Below, one piece after another: positions 7,638 to 17,406 of a DNA stretch of 64,000 bases. The stretch comes from Patescibacteria group bacterium (GTDB lineage Bacteria > Patescibacteriota > Minisyncoccia > Minisyncoccales > Staskawiczbacteraceae). The translations under genes and the position numbers were made by a program. How positions within the stretch are numbered: the stretch's first letter is position 1; each line of letters opens with the position of its first letter. The notes under the pieces are model-generated. The model had not been told where the DNA came from. It was given only the letters and a program-made list of their open reading frames with translations, and ran no database searches. The stretch spans positions 69,202 through 133,201 of the forward strand of contig JBBTVX010000001.1 of NCBI GenBank assembly GCA_038063015.1, given 5' to 3'.

Positions 7638-8762
7638 TTATTTAATTTGCGAAATGACAAAATCAGCTATATCTTCGGACGCATTGGGCTTTTGAATTTT
7701 TATGCAACTCTCTTTCATTTTTGCTAATTTATCTGGTTGTGAAAATAAATCAATAACTGCCTCAATTGTCTCTCTTGTATTTTTAACTTTAATTCCTGCC
7801 TTGTTATTAACCAGATAATTTACATTGTCTTCTTCTTGGCCGGGAATCGTTTTATAGACAATCATTGGCAATGCCTTAACTAAACATTCAGCTGTCGTCG
7901 AACCTCCGGCTTTAGATAAAATTAAATCGCTAGCAGTCATAAATTTTTCTATGTCATTTACTAGCCCGAAAACCCTTACATTGGCGTTTTTTTTCAATTC
8001 TGAATTTTCTAATTTTTTCTGTAAATTTTTATCACGGCCGGCTATAACAATAAACTGCGCTAAGCTATTTTTTTCTTTTATTCCCAAAATAACCCTTAAC
8101 AATTCTTTATATTTTAACTGGCCCCCTATAATCAGTAAAACAGGCTGAGAAAAATTAAAATTTAAACTTTCTAAAATTTTCTGGCGGTCTAACAGTTGAT
8201 TGAATATCGGCCTGACTGGAATGCCTGTAGTTTTTATTTTATCTAAATTAACTTTATGGTCAAGTAGCGACTTTTTTATTTCTTCGTTAGCTACAAAATA
8301 ATAATTAATATCTGGACTATGCCATAGGGAATGAAAACCAAAGTCTGTGCAAACGTTGGCAGATAAAATATCTATAACTTTTTTTTCTTCAATTAAAGAC
8401 GCCAACTGCAGTGGCAGGGGGTTTGTCGCTAATATAAAATCCGGAGCAAAATCTTTAATGAAAAAAATAAATTTGCCCTTTTTTACAAAAAATAAAGTTA
8501 TTCTTTCTAAAAATTTCTGGATCAGTTTATTGTTATAACTATTATAAAATATTTTAAAAACAAATGGGGCTTTGGCTACAATATGATTATAAAAAAAGAG
8601 GTATCCATGTCTAAGCGGCCCATAGAGGAAATCGAATGCGTCAGCATCCTTTATTTCAACTTCCGGATATTTTTTTGAAAAAACTTCCACAAGAGCCTTG
8701 GCTGTTATTAAGTGGCCCATGCCCGGCTGGCCGTGTAAAATTAAAATCTTGTTTTTTTTCAT
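7638..8762 (-). CDS. GT28-type glycosyltransferase (MGDG synthase/UgtP-like)
   Basis: The N-terminus reads ILILHGQPGMGHLITAKAL, and the C-terminal half is MurG/UgtP-like (GGSTTAECL). Confidence 0.7.
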   Translation of the reverse strand: MKKNKILILHGQPGMGHLITAKALVEVFSKKYPEVEIKDADAFDFLYGPLRHGYLFFYNHIVAKAPFVFKIFYNSYNNKLIQKFLERITLFFVKKGKFIFFIKDFAPDFILATNPLPLQLASLIEEKKVIDILSANVCTDFGFHSLWHSPDINYYFVANEEIKKSLLDHKVNLDKIKTTGIPVRPIFNQLLDRQKILESLNFNFSQPVLLIIGGQLKYKELLRVILGIKEKNSLAQFIVIAGRDKNLQKKLENSELKKNANVRVFGLVNDIEKFMTASDLILSKAGGSTTAECLVKALPMIVYKTIPGQEEDNVNYLVNNKAGIKVKNTRETIEAVIDLFSQPDKLAKMKESCIKIQKPNASEDIADFVISQIK

Positions 8763-8764
8763 CT

Positions 8765-9022
8765 CTATTCTATCTTATTATTTTTCAAAATTATTAAATA
8801 AAGCCCTGCCGTAAAAAATATTGAAAAAATATTCCCTGTAAAACTATTAAATATATTGGGATAAAATAAATCTAAATCCAAAATATTAAAATAGTTAACA
8901 ATATACAAATCTCCCGAGACGAGCGCAAAATAAAAAATAATAAGCATATGAACTATAGCCGAAAAAAGCATCAATATAAACAGCGCGTTTATATATTTAT
9001 TTTTTACAATTTTTATATTCAT
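8765..9022 (-). CDS. Small hydrophobic membrane protein
   Basis: 85 aa with 2-3 predicted TM stretches. It overlaps the upstream gene by 4 nt, suggesting an operon. Confidence 0.45.
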   Translation of the reverse strand: MNIKIVKNKYINALFILMLFSAIVHMLIIFYFALVSGDLYIVNYFNILDLDLFYPNIFNSFTGNIFSIFFTAGLYLIILKNNKIE

Positions 9023-10026
9023 AGATTAGAAAATAAATTACTGGCTTCGTTCCAGATTTCTGGACGATTTTGCGTTTTTTTCATCCAATACCACCATTCA
9101 GCGCCCCAAAGATAAAATTCTTTCAAACCGGTTTCTTTGGCGTATTCAATATTCTTTTTAAATTGTTCTAAATTCATTGTTTTTTCCTGCTCTTCTAAGG
9201 AAACATCATAAAAAAGCTTCTGCGCCCATGGCTCGGCTTGTAATTCTGTGGATATTACATCTTTGCCAAATATTTTTTTAATAATTTGAGCCTTTCTCCA
9301 ATAATGGACTGGCGGCAAAAATGAATCAATATAAAAACCAAAAATATCGCTTATACGACCCCAAACCTTTCTATACATAGTGGTTCCAACTATATCTCCT
9401 ATTTTTGCCGCTCCAAACCACATTGACTGTTCTCCTGAATCCGAAATAATAATTTGTCTTGTAGAATCAAGCGACTTTACCAATTCTACCTCTTTCTTTA
9501 AAAAATTTTTATCGTACCATGGACATTGGCCGAATTTAAAAAGCGGCTCGTTTTCCACCTGCCATACGGCGATAGCATCATTGTCTTTATATCTCAAAAT
9601 AATTTTTTTTATATATTTCAAAATTTCATCCTGTTGTTGTTCTTTGGAAAGTCCATTCGCCCAATTAGGAATATGGCACTCCGGCCAGCGACCTGTTTTC
9701 ATTCCAACTACATAAATAATTTTTGCGTTTTTTCGCTGAGCCTGTTTTATTTGCCAATCAACGTCATTAAAAAAATAATCGTCTTTTTTGCCCCCGATCC
9801 AGTCCCATTGAGTAAGTAATTTTATATTCTTTACCCCAAGATCGTCAAGTATTGCCAAATAAGTTTCTCGCCAATCAAGTTTTAAAGACTCGGCCTGCAT
9901 TTGAGAAAAATTGACTCCCCATATAATATTTTTTTGTTTTGGCGCCTTGCCAATAAAAAAATAATACAAAAAAATTACAAACAATACAAATAAAACTAAA
10001 ATTATTATTTTAAGCATTTTTTTCAT
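9019..10026 (-). CDS. Membrane-anchored TIM-barrel glycoside hydrolase (clan GH-A, GH5-like)
   Basis: N-terminal TM segment. WQVENEP is the acid/base Asn-Glu-Pro motif typical of clan GH-A. Confidence 0.5.
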   Translation of the reverse strand: MKKMLKIIILVLFVLFVIFLYYFFIGKAPKQKNIIWGVNFSQMQAESLKLDWRETYLAILDDLGVKNIKLLTQWDWIGGKKDDYFFNDVDWQIKQAQRKNAKIIYVVGMKTGRWPECHIPNWANGLSKEQQQDEILKYIKKIILRYKDNDAIAVWQVENEPLFKFGQCPWYDKNFLKKEVELVKSLDSTRQIIISDSGEQSMWFGAAKIGDIVGTTMYRKVWGRISDIFGFYIDSFLPPVHYWRKAQIIKKIFGKDVISTELQAEPWAQKLFYDVSLEEQEKTMNLEQFKKNIEYAKETGLKEFYLWGAEWWYWMKKTQNRPEIWNEASNLFSNL

Positions 10027-10031
10027 TTTTT

Positions 10032-11315
10032 TTATTTACCGTCTATTATTTTTTCAATATTATAGGTTCCTAGTTTCTCTATTTCAATAAACCCTTGCAT
10101 TGCAATTTCTGCAAAATTGCCGCTATTTAATAAATCAAAAAACCATTGGTCAGTATGTTTCGGATTTTCTTGTATAATCCCCGCCCCAATATGTAAAAGC
10201 CATTTTTTATTAAAATCCTCTTGCGAACCAATAGGAGGGGCGATAATAATAGGAATTCCCAATCCCGCATAAAAAGAAAGCTCTGATGGTTTAGTCCATA
10301 AAACATCTGTCTCTCTCAATGCTTGATTAAACTTTTCAAAATACTCATTTGTTGTTTTGGCAGATAGTATGTGAACCCATCCATCTAATTTTAAACCTTT
10401 AATATTGTCTGCGAAGTATTTAGTTAATTCCCCCCTTGTTCCCACAGCAATAATTATTCTAAGTCTGCCTGCTTTTATTTTATTTTTTAAACTATTCACT
10501 GCGTTTAACCCTATTTCTTTTTGAGCGCCGGCCCCGCCCATAGAAAACATTATTGTTAAGGGGTGGTCTGATTTTTCAGGCAAATCTCCCAAATAACTCT
10601 GAATCAAGGGCTTATATAATTTTCTATAATTTTGTTTTGGGTCAAGGTTTACAATACGATTTCTTAAATCTTTTTTTAAAATTTCCATATTTTCGCCTAT
10701 ATTCTCTTTTGGCAATGGGTAGCCGGTAAAAAATATGTTTTTAGAGTTTATTCCATAAAGTTTCAATCTGTCTCTTGCCCATGTGCATGGAGTAAAATAC
10801 TTAATTTTACTATTTTGGGGCGTTAAAGAAGCCCATGCTCTGGCAACGTCAGCATCGCAAACAACGCAATAAATATCATTTGGATATTCAAATTCCTCTG
10901 CCATAAAAGCCGGCGTAAAAAAAGTACTGATTATCGGCAAAGAATTTTTTTTAAATCTCAAAATCAAATCTTTTCCCCATCCTCTTTTAATAAAAGAAAA
11001 AATGCTCCTTATGTTAATATCCGGCCGAGACAAGTCTCTTTTGGGATAATAATCAAGAATTATTTGAAATTTATTAAAAAAAGAGAAAGCCATATTGCCA
11101 ATCAACGGAATCCTCTTAAATCTTGAAATAAATTCATAAAAAATTCTGGTCCTTTGCCAAAATTTTTTGTCTTTTTCCGGAATCCCGTCATAACTATTAG
11201 CGTTAATAATTTTTCCGCTAAAAGCTATTTCTCTTAACGGGTAAGCGGTTCTCTGATGGCCATATCCCATATCAGCCGCTATAATCCATGCCTTTTGTTT
11301 ATTATCGTTCGCCAT
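10032..11315 (-). CDS. Putative GT-B-fold glycosyltransferase (distant MGDG-synthase-like)
   Basis: The N-terminal AADMGYGHQRTA resembles the G-x-G-H motif of MGDG_synth/MurG-like enzymes. This is weak, motif-level evidence only. Confidence 0.35.
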   Translation of the reverse strand: MANDNKQKAWIIAADMGYGHQRTAYPLREIAFSGKIINANSYDGIPEKDKKFWQRTRIFYEFISRFKRIPLIGNMAFSFFNKFQIILDYYPKRDLSRPDINIRSIFSFIKRGWGKDLILRFKKNSLPIISTFFTPAFMAEEFEYPNDIYCVVCDADVARAWASLTPQNSKIKYFTPCTWARDRLKLYGINSKNIFFTGYPLPKENIGENMEILKKDLRNRIVNLDPKQNYRKLYKPLIQSYLGDLPEKSDHPLTIMFSMGGAGAQKEIGLNAVNSLKNKIKAGRLRIIIAVGTRGELTKYFADNIKGLKLDGWVHILSAKTTNEYFEKFNQALRETDVLWTKPSELSFYAGLGIPIIIAPPIGSQEDFNKKWLLHIGAGIIQENPKHTDQWFFDLLNSGNFAEIAMQGFIEIEKLGTYNIEKIIDGK

Positions 11316-11437
11316 ATTTTTTTTAAGATAAGATAGGTTATTATATCATATTTCTTGCTCTCTTGAAAATTTTTAATATTCTGATAATATAGAAAATAGA
11401 TTTGGAGTAGTTTTTTTGACAAAAAGGAAGGTGGAGC

Positions 11438-11902
11438 ATGGAACAAACTTATAGGGCAATAAAAACAGAACCCACAACGCTCGCTATTTATTGTCCGGAC
11501 CCAAAATTTCAATTTGCCTTTAATCGCTTTTTTATGGATGACTTAAATTTAGTTTATGGCCAATTTATACCAATTGTCGTAGCTGGCGGGCCGGGTTCAC
11601 TAGCTAATCCAATAATGACAATAGAAAGGCAATTTTTGAGCAGTCAAATCATATTCTTTCTTAGGCATTTTCCATCTATTAAATCAATTATCCTCATTAA
11701 TCACGAGGATTGCGGTTTTTATGGAAAAATCCTCAATCTGTCTGGTAAAGAAAAAAATCGAGAAAAGGATGACGCTCCTGTCGCCGCTAAGGCCGTAGTT
11801 AATCGTATCGCCTTAGAAGAAATTAACGGCATTGAGGTTGCGGCATTCTACGCTAAGTTCGCAAATGCGGACAAAAAAGAAATAGCTTTTGAGAAAATGT
11901 AA
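11438..11902 (+). CDS. Hypothetical protein with beta-carbonic-anhydrase-like Cys/His motifs
   Basis: YCPDPK (C-x-D-x-K) and NHEDCG (H-x-x-C) have the spacing seen in beta-CA zinc sites. GGAAGGTGGAG RBS. Confidence 0.3.
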   Translation: MEQTYRAIKTEPTTLAIYCPDPKFQFAFNRFFMDDLNLVYGQFIPIVVAGGPGSLANPIMTIERQFLSSQIIFFLRHFPSIKSIILINHEDCGFYGKILNLSGKEKNREKDDAPVAAKAVVNRIALEEINGIEVAAFYAKFANADKKEIAFEKM

Positions 11903-11955
11903 TCCGTCTTTGGCGGAAACAAAAGCCGCAAGGGTTTACCCTGGCGGCTGTTTTT

Positions 11956-13485
11956 TTACTTTAAAATTTTTAATTTTTGATTTTTCTGCAACCAGCGCGC
12001 AATCGCGCCTAAAATCAAATAAAAAACAATGAGCCATATCCAATGAATGTTTTCTATTGTTTTTATTGCCCAAGGCTTAGAAAAAATATCTATTATTTTT
12101 ACAAAATAAGCAAGCAGAAACCAGCAGGGTATGGAAACAATCCAGCCTAAAAATTGAGACGCCACTCCCAAAATAGATGACAAAAAACCAAAAATCATAA
12201 GCCATGAAACAATTGGTAAAACTAAAATATTTGTTACAGGAGAAATAAAAGATACGTTGCCAAAATTATAAACCATTATAGGCAAGGTAAAAATCTGGGC
12301 GGCAAGCGTTGTTGAAATAATGCCTGCTAAATTTTCTGATTTCTTTTTTATAAATATCTTCAAAAAATCTTTTATAAAGGGCTCTAAATATATAATGCCC
12401 ATAACTGCTAAAAATGAAAGCTGAAATCCGACATCATAAAATAAAAGCAAGGGGTTAATAAAAAGCATTACAGCTCCCGCCATTGCTATTACCCTTGAAC
12501 CCATGCTTTGCCTGCCTAATTTTTGAGCCAGAAGAAAAAGCGAGCCCATAATTCCTGCCCTCGTTCCGGATGCGGGCAGACCAGTAAGAATAATATAAAG
12601 CCAAATAAAAATAATTGAGATATAAAAGGCCTGTCCGCGCCACAAACCCAGGGCCAACAAAAAAGACATTAAAATTGCTCCTAATATAACAACATGCGTG
12701 CCGGAAACAGCTATAACATGACGAAGTCCGGTAATGTTTAATTTATTTTTTAAATCCTGCGACATCACGCCATTATCGCCGAGCACTGTTCCTTCTAAAA
12801 TCAAGCTCTGGGGCGGAGAATAATTTTTGCGGATACTTTCTCTTAATTTCTGCTTAAAAAACAAAATACCAGAATAAATCCGCTGGCCGACTGAATATTT
12901 TTTTTCATCGTCTATCAGTTCAATTTTCGGAAAACCCATCACAGAATAAATTCCATCTTTTAGCAAATAGTTTTTATAATTAAAATCTTCGAACTCCTGC
13001 GGAGTTTCTAGTTTTCCCGTAATTTTTATTTTATCTAAATATTTATATTCTGGATAGCGACCAACCGTAACCAAAATTATTCCATCTGGTTTTTCTGTCC
13101 TTACTTTTAACTTCTGAAAAGTATCCCTGACATCCGGTTCGCCCGTAACTGTTCCGATTAAAACAACTTCCCCCTTATTATTAAGCTTGCTTAATTCGTT
13201 GTTTAAAATATAAAATTCGGAAATCTGGTGCCTTAAAATTCCTATAACCAAAAATAAAACGCAAAATCCTGCCATGGCAAAAAGTTTCGTTTGTTTATGC
13301 GATCGCATTGACAAGGTCAGAGAAATAAAAATCAATAAAACCCCAAAAAATAAAAAAGCCCGCAAAAATATCTGCGGGATTTCCCAGCCATAGGCAGATC
13401 CGCCTTGGGCGGATATTGCCGAATTTATAAAAATACCGACAATAAAGGAGAGGCAAAAATAAAAAAGTATTTTTGACGGAGTCAT
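11956..13485 (-). CDS. comEC: ComEC/Rec2 DNA-uptake channel (no metallo-beta-lactamase domain)
   Basis: Polytopic membrane protein with a DUF4131-like N-terminus and the competence-domain motif ITGLRHVIAVSGTHVVIL. At 509 aa it lacks the C-terminal MBL module. Confidence 0.8.
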   Translation of the reverse strand: MTPSKILFYFCLSFIVGIFINSAISAQGGSAYGWEIPQIFLRAFLFFGVLLIFISLTLSMRSHKQTKLFAMAGFCVLFLVIGILRHQISEFYILNNELSKLNNKGEVVLIGTVTGEPDVRDTFQKLKVRTEKPDGIILVTVGRYPEYKYLDKIKITGKLETPQEFEDFNYKNYLLKDGIYSVMGFPKIELIDDEKKYSVGQRIYSGILFFKQKLRESIRKNYSPPQSLILEGTVLGDNGVMSQDLKNKLNITGLRHVIAVSGTHVVILGAILMSFLLALGLWRGQAFYISIIFIWLYIILTGLPASGTRAGIMGSLFLLAQKLGRQSMGSRVIAMAGAVMLFINPLLLFYDVGFQLSFLAVMGIIYLEPFIKDFLKIFIKKKSENLAGIISTTLAAQIFTLPIMVYNFGNVSFISPVTNILVLPIVSWLMIFGFLSSILGVASQFLGWIVSIPCWFLLAYFVKIIDIFSKPWAIKTIENIHWIWLIVFYLILGAIARWLQKNQKLKILK

Positions 13486-14198
13486 CTTGTCTGGCAGATT
13501 TTAAAATAGGGAGAAATTTCTTTTACGATATTATTTAAAAAGTCTTTCGGGTGCGGCTTTATCTTTTCAAATTCAGGGTCAAGAGTTTTTTCCGGCCTAA
13601 AATTTTGCAAATAATATTTCACATCAGGACCGCCTATCCACTTTGCAATTTCCAAGAAATTTTCTTTTGAATGAACTCCGGGCACCACGGTTGTGCGGAA
13701 TTCAAAATCTATTTGATTTTTTTTCAAAAAATCAACGCTGATTTTTATATCTTCTTTCTCTACGCATTCGCCAAAAAGTTCTGAATATTTTTCTAACGGA
13801 AGCTTTATATCCATAGCAACATAATCTATTTGTTTTTTCCTAACTAAATCTTTAAGCATTTCCGGATTGGAACCATTTGTGTCAAGCTTTACCAAAAATC
13901 CCATTTTTTTTATTTTTTCTATAAACTGCGGCAAGTCTTTGCTTGCTGTCGGCTCTCCCCCGCACAAAACCACGCCCTCTAATAATCCTTTTCTTTCTTT
14001 TAAAAAACTAAAAAATTCTTTTTCTGAAATCCGCGGTTGTTTTATAATTTTTTCAGGCAAAACAAGCTCTGCCGAATAACACCAGGGGCATCGAAAGTTG
14101 CAAATAGCCAAAAAAACCGTACAAGCCAATTTGCCGGGATAATCTATTAAAGTAGTTTTTTGCAATCCGCCGATAATCATGGTAAATTTATTATACAA
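13482..14198 (-). CDS. nrdG: Anaerobic ribonucleotide reductase activating protein (radical SAM)
   Basis: CNFRCPWCYS radical-SAM cluster motif. It sits directly downstream of nrdD. Confidence 0.85.
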   Translation of the reverse strand: MYNKFTMIIGGLQKTTLIDYPGKLACTVFLAICNFRCPWCYSAELVLPEKIIKQPRISEKEFFSFLKERKGLLEGVVLCGGEPTASKDLPQFIEKIKKMGFLVKLDTNGSNPEMLKDLVRKKQIDYVAMDIKLPLEKYSELFGECVEKEDIKISVDFLKKNQIDFEFRTTVVPGVHSKENFLEIAKWIGGPDVKYYLQNFRPEKTLDPEFEKIKPHPKDFLNNIVKEISPYFKICQTR

Positions 14199-14241
14199 AA
14201 AAACCCTTTTTTAACAAAGAGGCTTTAATTTTTTAAGAAAA

Positions 14242-16359
14242 TCAAACCGATGCCGGAGTTTTGTATTCTTTTCTTTCCGCGTATTCCTGTTTTTTACCGT
14301 TATTCCATTGCTGTATCGGCCTTATATATCCCACAATTCTTGAATAAACTTCACAAGGCTGGTCTACTGTGCATTTCGGACATTCAAAATGCTCGCCCGA
14401 TAAATATCCGTGCGACGGACAAATTGAAAAAGTCGGAGTTAGGGTAATATACGGCAAATGAAATTTCTCAAATGCTTTTTTAACCAGATTTTTCGCCATT
14501 TGCGGGTCTGAAATTTTCTCTCCCAAAAACAGATGAAGAACAGTTCCGCCCGTATATTTTTTTTGCAGTTCGTCTTGAAGTTTTAATGCCTCAAAAGCGT
14601 CGTCTGTATAACCCACTGGAAGATGAGAAGAGTTGGTATAATAAGGAATTTCTTTTGTGCCGGCTGTAATAATATCCGGATATTTTTCTCTGTCGGATTT
14701 TGCCTGACGATAGCTTGTCCCTTCGCCGGGCGTCGCTTCTAAATTATACATATTGCCGGTTTCTTCCTGATATTTGACCAATCTGTCTCTCATAAAATCT
14801 AAAACCTCAATAGCAAACTTCTTGCCTGTTTTTGAGGCGATATTTTCTCCTAAAAAATTTAAAAGCATTTCATTTGTTCCCATTAAACCAATAGTACCGA
14901 AATGATTGCCGAAATAAGAATCGCGAATTTGCTTAACTGACGATAAATAATGTTTTGAATAAGGATAAAGCCCTTTTTCTATAAAATTATCCAAAGCTTT
15001 TCTTTTAATTTCCAGGCTCTCTTTTGCCAAATCCATTAAATGGCTTAATCTGCCAAAAAAATCTTTTTTGGTTTTGGAAAGATAGCCAATCCGCGGAAGA
15101 TTGATGGTGCAGACGCCTATTGAACCGGTTAACGGTTGAGAACCGAATAATCCGCCGCCTCTCATATAAAGCTCTTTATTTGACAAACGGAGCCGGCAAC
15201 ACATACTTCTGAAATCTTCCGGCTTCATATCTGATTGTAAAAAATTTGAAAAATAATTAATTCCATATTTTGCGGTCGCCTCCCACAATGAATCCAGATT
15301 CGGGTTTTCCCAATCAAAATCCTTTGTGATTGAAACTGTGGGAATGGGAAAAGTAAACGGCCTGCCTTTAGCGTCGCCCTCCATTAAACCTTCGTAAAAA
15401 GCTTTAAGAAACATATCTATTTCCGACTGAAATTCTCCGTATGTTTCTTTTTGCACTTCGCCACCGATAATCACAGGCTGTTTCGCTAAAAACGACGGAG
15501 CTTTAATATCTAAAGAAACATTTAAAAATGGAGTTTGAAAGCCGACCCGAGTCGGCACCATGCAGTTAAATAAAAACTCCTGCATTGATTGTTTTACCTG
15601 CTTATAACTTAAACCGTCATAACGGATAAAAGGAGCTAAAAGCGTATCAAAATTTGAAACAGCGTTAGCTCCGGCGGTTTCGCCCTGAAGGGTAAAAAGA
15701 ACATTAACCAATTGGCCAAGAGCAGTTCTAAAATGTTTTGGCGGCTTGCATTCTATTTTACCCGGCACTCCGCCGAATCCGCGCATTAAAAAATCATAAA
15801 GGTCCCATCCGGCGCAATAAGGAGCGAGTATTTCTAAGTTATGGATATGAAAATCTTCATTGATTGCCGCGTCTCTTACCTCTTTGGGATAAATTTTATT
15901 AAGCCAATATTTTTTAGAAACATACGAGCCGACATATTGATTCAACCCTTGTAAAGAATATGTCATATTGGCGTTTTCTTTTACCTGCCAATCAAGCTCC
16001 TTTAAATAGCTGTCAATTTTTTCGCTGGATTCGTCTGTGGCAATTCCTAATTCCCTAATTTTTCTTCTTTGCTCCCTGTAAAGAATATAAGACCTGGCTG
16101 TTTCCACAAGCCCTTCCAAAATTAAAACTTCTTCAACAATGTCTTGAATCTGCTCAACTGTCGGAATCTCGTCTTTTTTAAACCTTCTGTTTAAAATCTG
16201 TAAAACTCTAAGCGAGGCTTTTTTGGATTTTATTCCATCGCCTTGGCCAGTGGCTGTAATCGCTTTATAAATAGCGCCGGTGATTTTTTCCTGAACAAAA
16301 TCAACTATTCTCCCGTCTCTTTTTTGAACTTTTAAAATATGGTTTCCTATTTTTTTCAT
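14242..16359 (-). CDS. nrdD: Anaerobic ribonucleoside-triphosphate reductase with an ATP-cone
   Basis: 705 aa. N-terminal ATP-cone (VQKRDGRIVDF), a C-terminal Cys cluster (CPKC...C) and a glycyl-radical-type tail (SRIVGY). Confidence 0.9.
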   Translation of the reverse strand: MKKIGNHILKVQKRDGRIVDFVQEKITGAIYKAITATGQGDGIKSKKASLRVLQILNRRFKKDEIPTVEQIQDIVEEVLILEGLVETARSYILYREQRRKIRELGIATDESSEKIDSYLKELDWQVKENANMTYSLQGLNQYVGSYVSKKYWLNKIYPKEVRDAAINEDFHIHNLEILAPYCAGWDLYDFLMRGFGGVPGKIECKPPKHFRTALGQLVNVLFTLQGETAGANAVSNFDTLLAPFIRYDGLSYKQVKQSMQEFLFNCMVPTRVGFQTPFLNVSLDIKAPSFLAKQPVIIGGEVQKETYGEFQSEIDMFLKAFYEGLMEGDAKGRPFTFPIPTVSITKDFDWENPNLDSLWEATAKYGINYFSNFLQSDMKPEDFRSMCCRLRLSNKELYMRGGGLFGSQPLTGSIGVCTINLPRIGYLSKTKKDFFGRLSHLMDLAKESLEIKRKALDNFIEKGLYPYSKHYLSSVKQIRDSYFGNHFGTIGLMGTNEMLLNFLGENIASKTGKKFAIEVLDFMRDRLVKYQEETGNMYNLEATPGEGTSYRQAKSDREKYPDIITAGTKEIPYYTNSSHLPVGYTDDAFEALKLQDELQKKYTGGTVLHLFLGEKISDPQMAKNLVKKAFEKFHLPYITLTPTFSICPSHGYLSGEHFECPKCTVDQPCEVYSRIVGYIRPIQQWNNGKKQEYAERKEYKTPASV

Positions 16360-16513
16360 AATTGTTTTTTAATCCTCAGCGATAAAAAAATGGGCTAAGC
16401 CCTTAAGCGCATTATTCCATTTTACCTTAGTAAAAAAGCGGGTCAAGCCCCACCTCAAACTCAAAATCTGTGGATAATTGATATTTTTGTCCCATTTGAA
16501 TAAGCGCACAACA

Positions 16514-16541
16514 AAAAATACCCTTTTTTAGGGTATTTTTT
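16514..16541. terminator. Bidirectional intrinsic terminator
   Basis: AAAAAATACCC-TTTTTTA-GGGTATTTTTT. Confidence 0.6.
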
Positions 16542-16551
16542 GTTGTAATTT

Positions 16552-16776
16552 TTAAATTGCGGCTATTTTTGCCATAAAATAATCGAACTTTTCCTTACTG
16601 ATGTCTACAAATGCTTTTATTTTTCCAGAAACCTTTCTTTTTTTCTTTCCGACATTTTTGTTCTTCTTTGAAACAGGTCTTTTCCTTTTTGCGATAATTT
16701 TTTTCTTAGCAACTGGCTTTTTCTTTTTGATAATTGTCTTTTTAGCCGCGACTTTTTTCTTTTTATTTTTTTGCAT
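16552..16776 (-). CDS. Lysine-rich basic protein (histone H1-like composition)
   Basis: 74 aa, mostly K/R/A/V repeats, with a short structured C-terminus. A terminator lies downstream. Confidence 0.5.
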   Translation of the reverse strand: MQKNKKKKVAAKKTIIKKKKPVAKKKIIAKRKRPVSKKNKNVGKKKRKVSGKIKAFVDISKEKFDYFMAKIAAI

Positions 16777-16865
16777 AATTTTATCGAATTAAATAATTTT
16801 CTATCTTACAAAAAATTAAAATTTTATTAAATCCGATGAACTTTTTATATTTTTGTCGCGACCTT

Positions 16866-17309
16866 TTAAATCTCACCAATTCTTTTTTCTCTGTCTTCTT
16901 GTCTTTTTTGGTTCAATTTTTTTATTGCTTCAGATTGTTCCCCCTCTATCTCTTTTCTTTTTTCATCTAATGCTAATGCTAATTCTTCTTCCATGGAAAA
17001 CCGTCGCTTATCTTCCGGGTTTCCCTGTTGTTCTTGCGCCTTTCTTCGTGCTTTTAGTAAGGTTTCTAAATATACATCGGTGTGGCTTCCTTTAATGTCT
17101 TCTCTCCCAAATATTTCTTTTATTAAATCTTCATGTCTTCTATGGCGCTCTTGGTAGCGATTCTCTATTTCTTCTTTTCTTTGTTCGTAATTGAATCCCT
17201 CCTTTTCTCCCTGTTGGCCTAAATTTTCATCTAATTCCAGACCTTTCTCCCCTGATACTGAATTTTCTTCCTCTGGGGTCAGTTCCTCTGCTCTGTTTAT
17301 TTCTGCCAT
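16866..17309 (-). CDS. Highly charged E/K/R-rich hypothetical protein
   Basis: 147-aa ORF. No motif was recognised. Confidence 0.45.
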   Translation of the reverse strand: MAEINRAEELTPEEENSVSGEKGLELDENLGQQGEKEGFNYEQRKEEIENRYQERHRRHEDLIKEIFGREDIKGSHTDVYLETLLKARRKAQEQQGNPEDKRRFSMEEELALALDEKRKEIEGEQSEAIKKLNQKRQEDREKRIGEI

Positions 17310-17406
17310 GATAATTTTTAATTTTAAATTTTATGATTTTATTACTTTCGACCTTTATTTTTTCATTTTAATTATATCATAAATATTTATCGCGCGGGGT
17401 ATTGTG

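Noticed and set aside
16601-17095. Plus-strand ORFs 16601..16792 and 16853..17095
   Set aside because: They are Phe/Leu-rich mirror frames of the Lys-rich and Glu/Lys-rich minus-strand genes.
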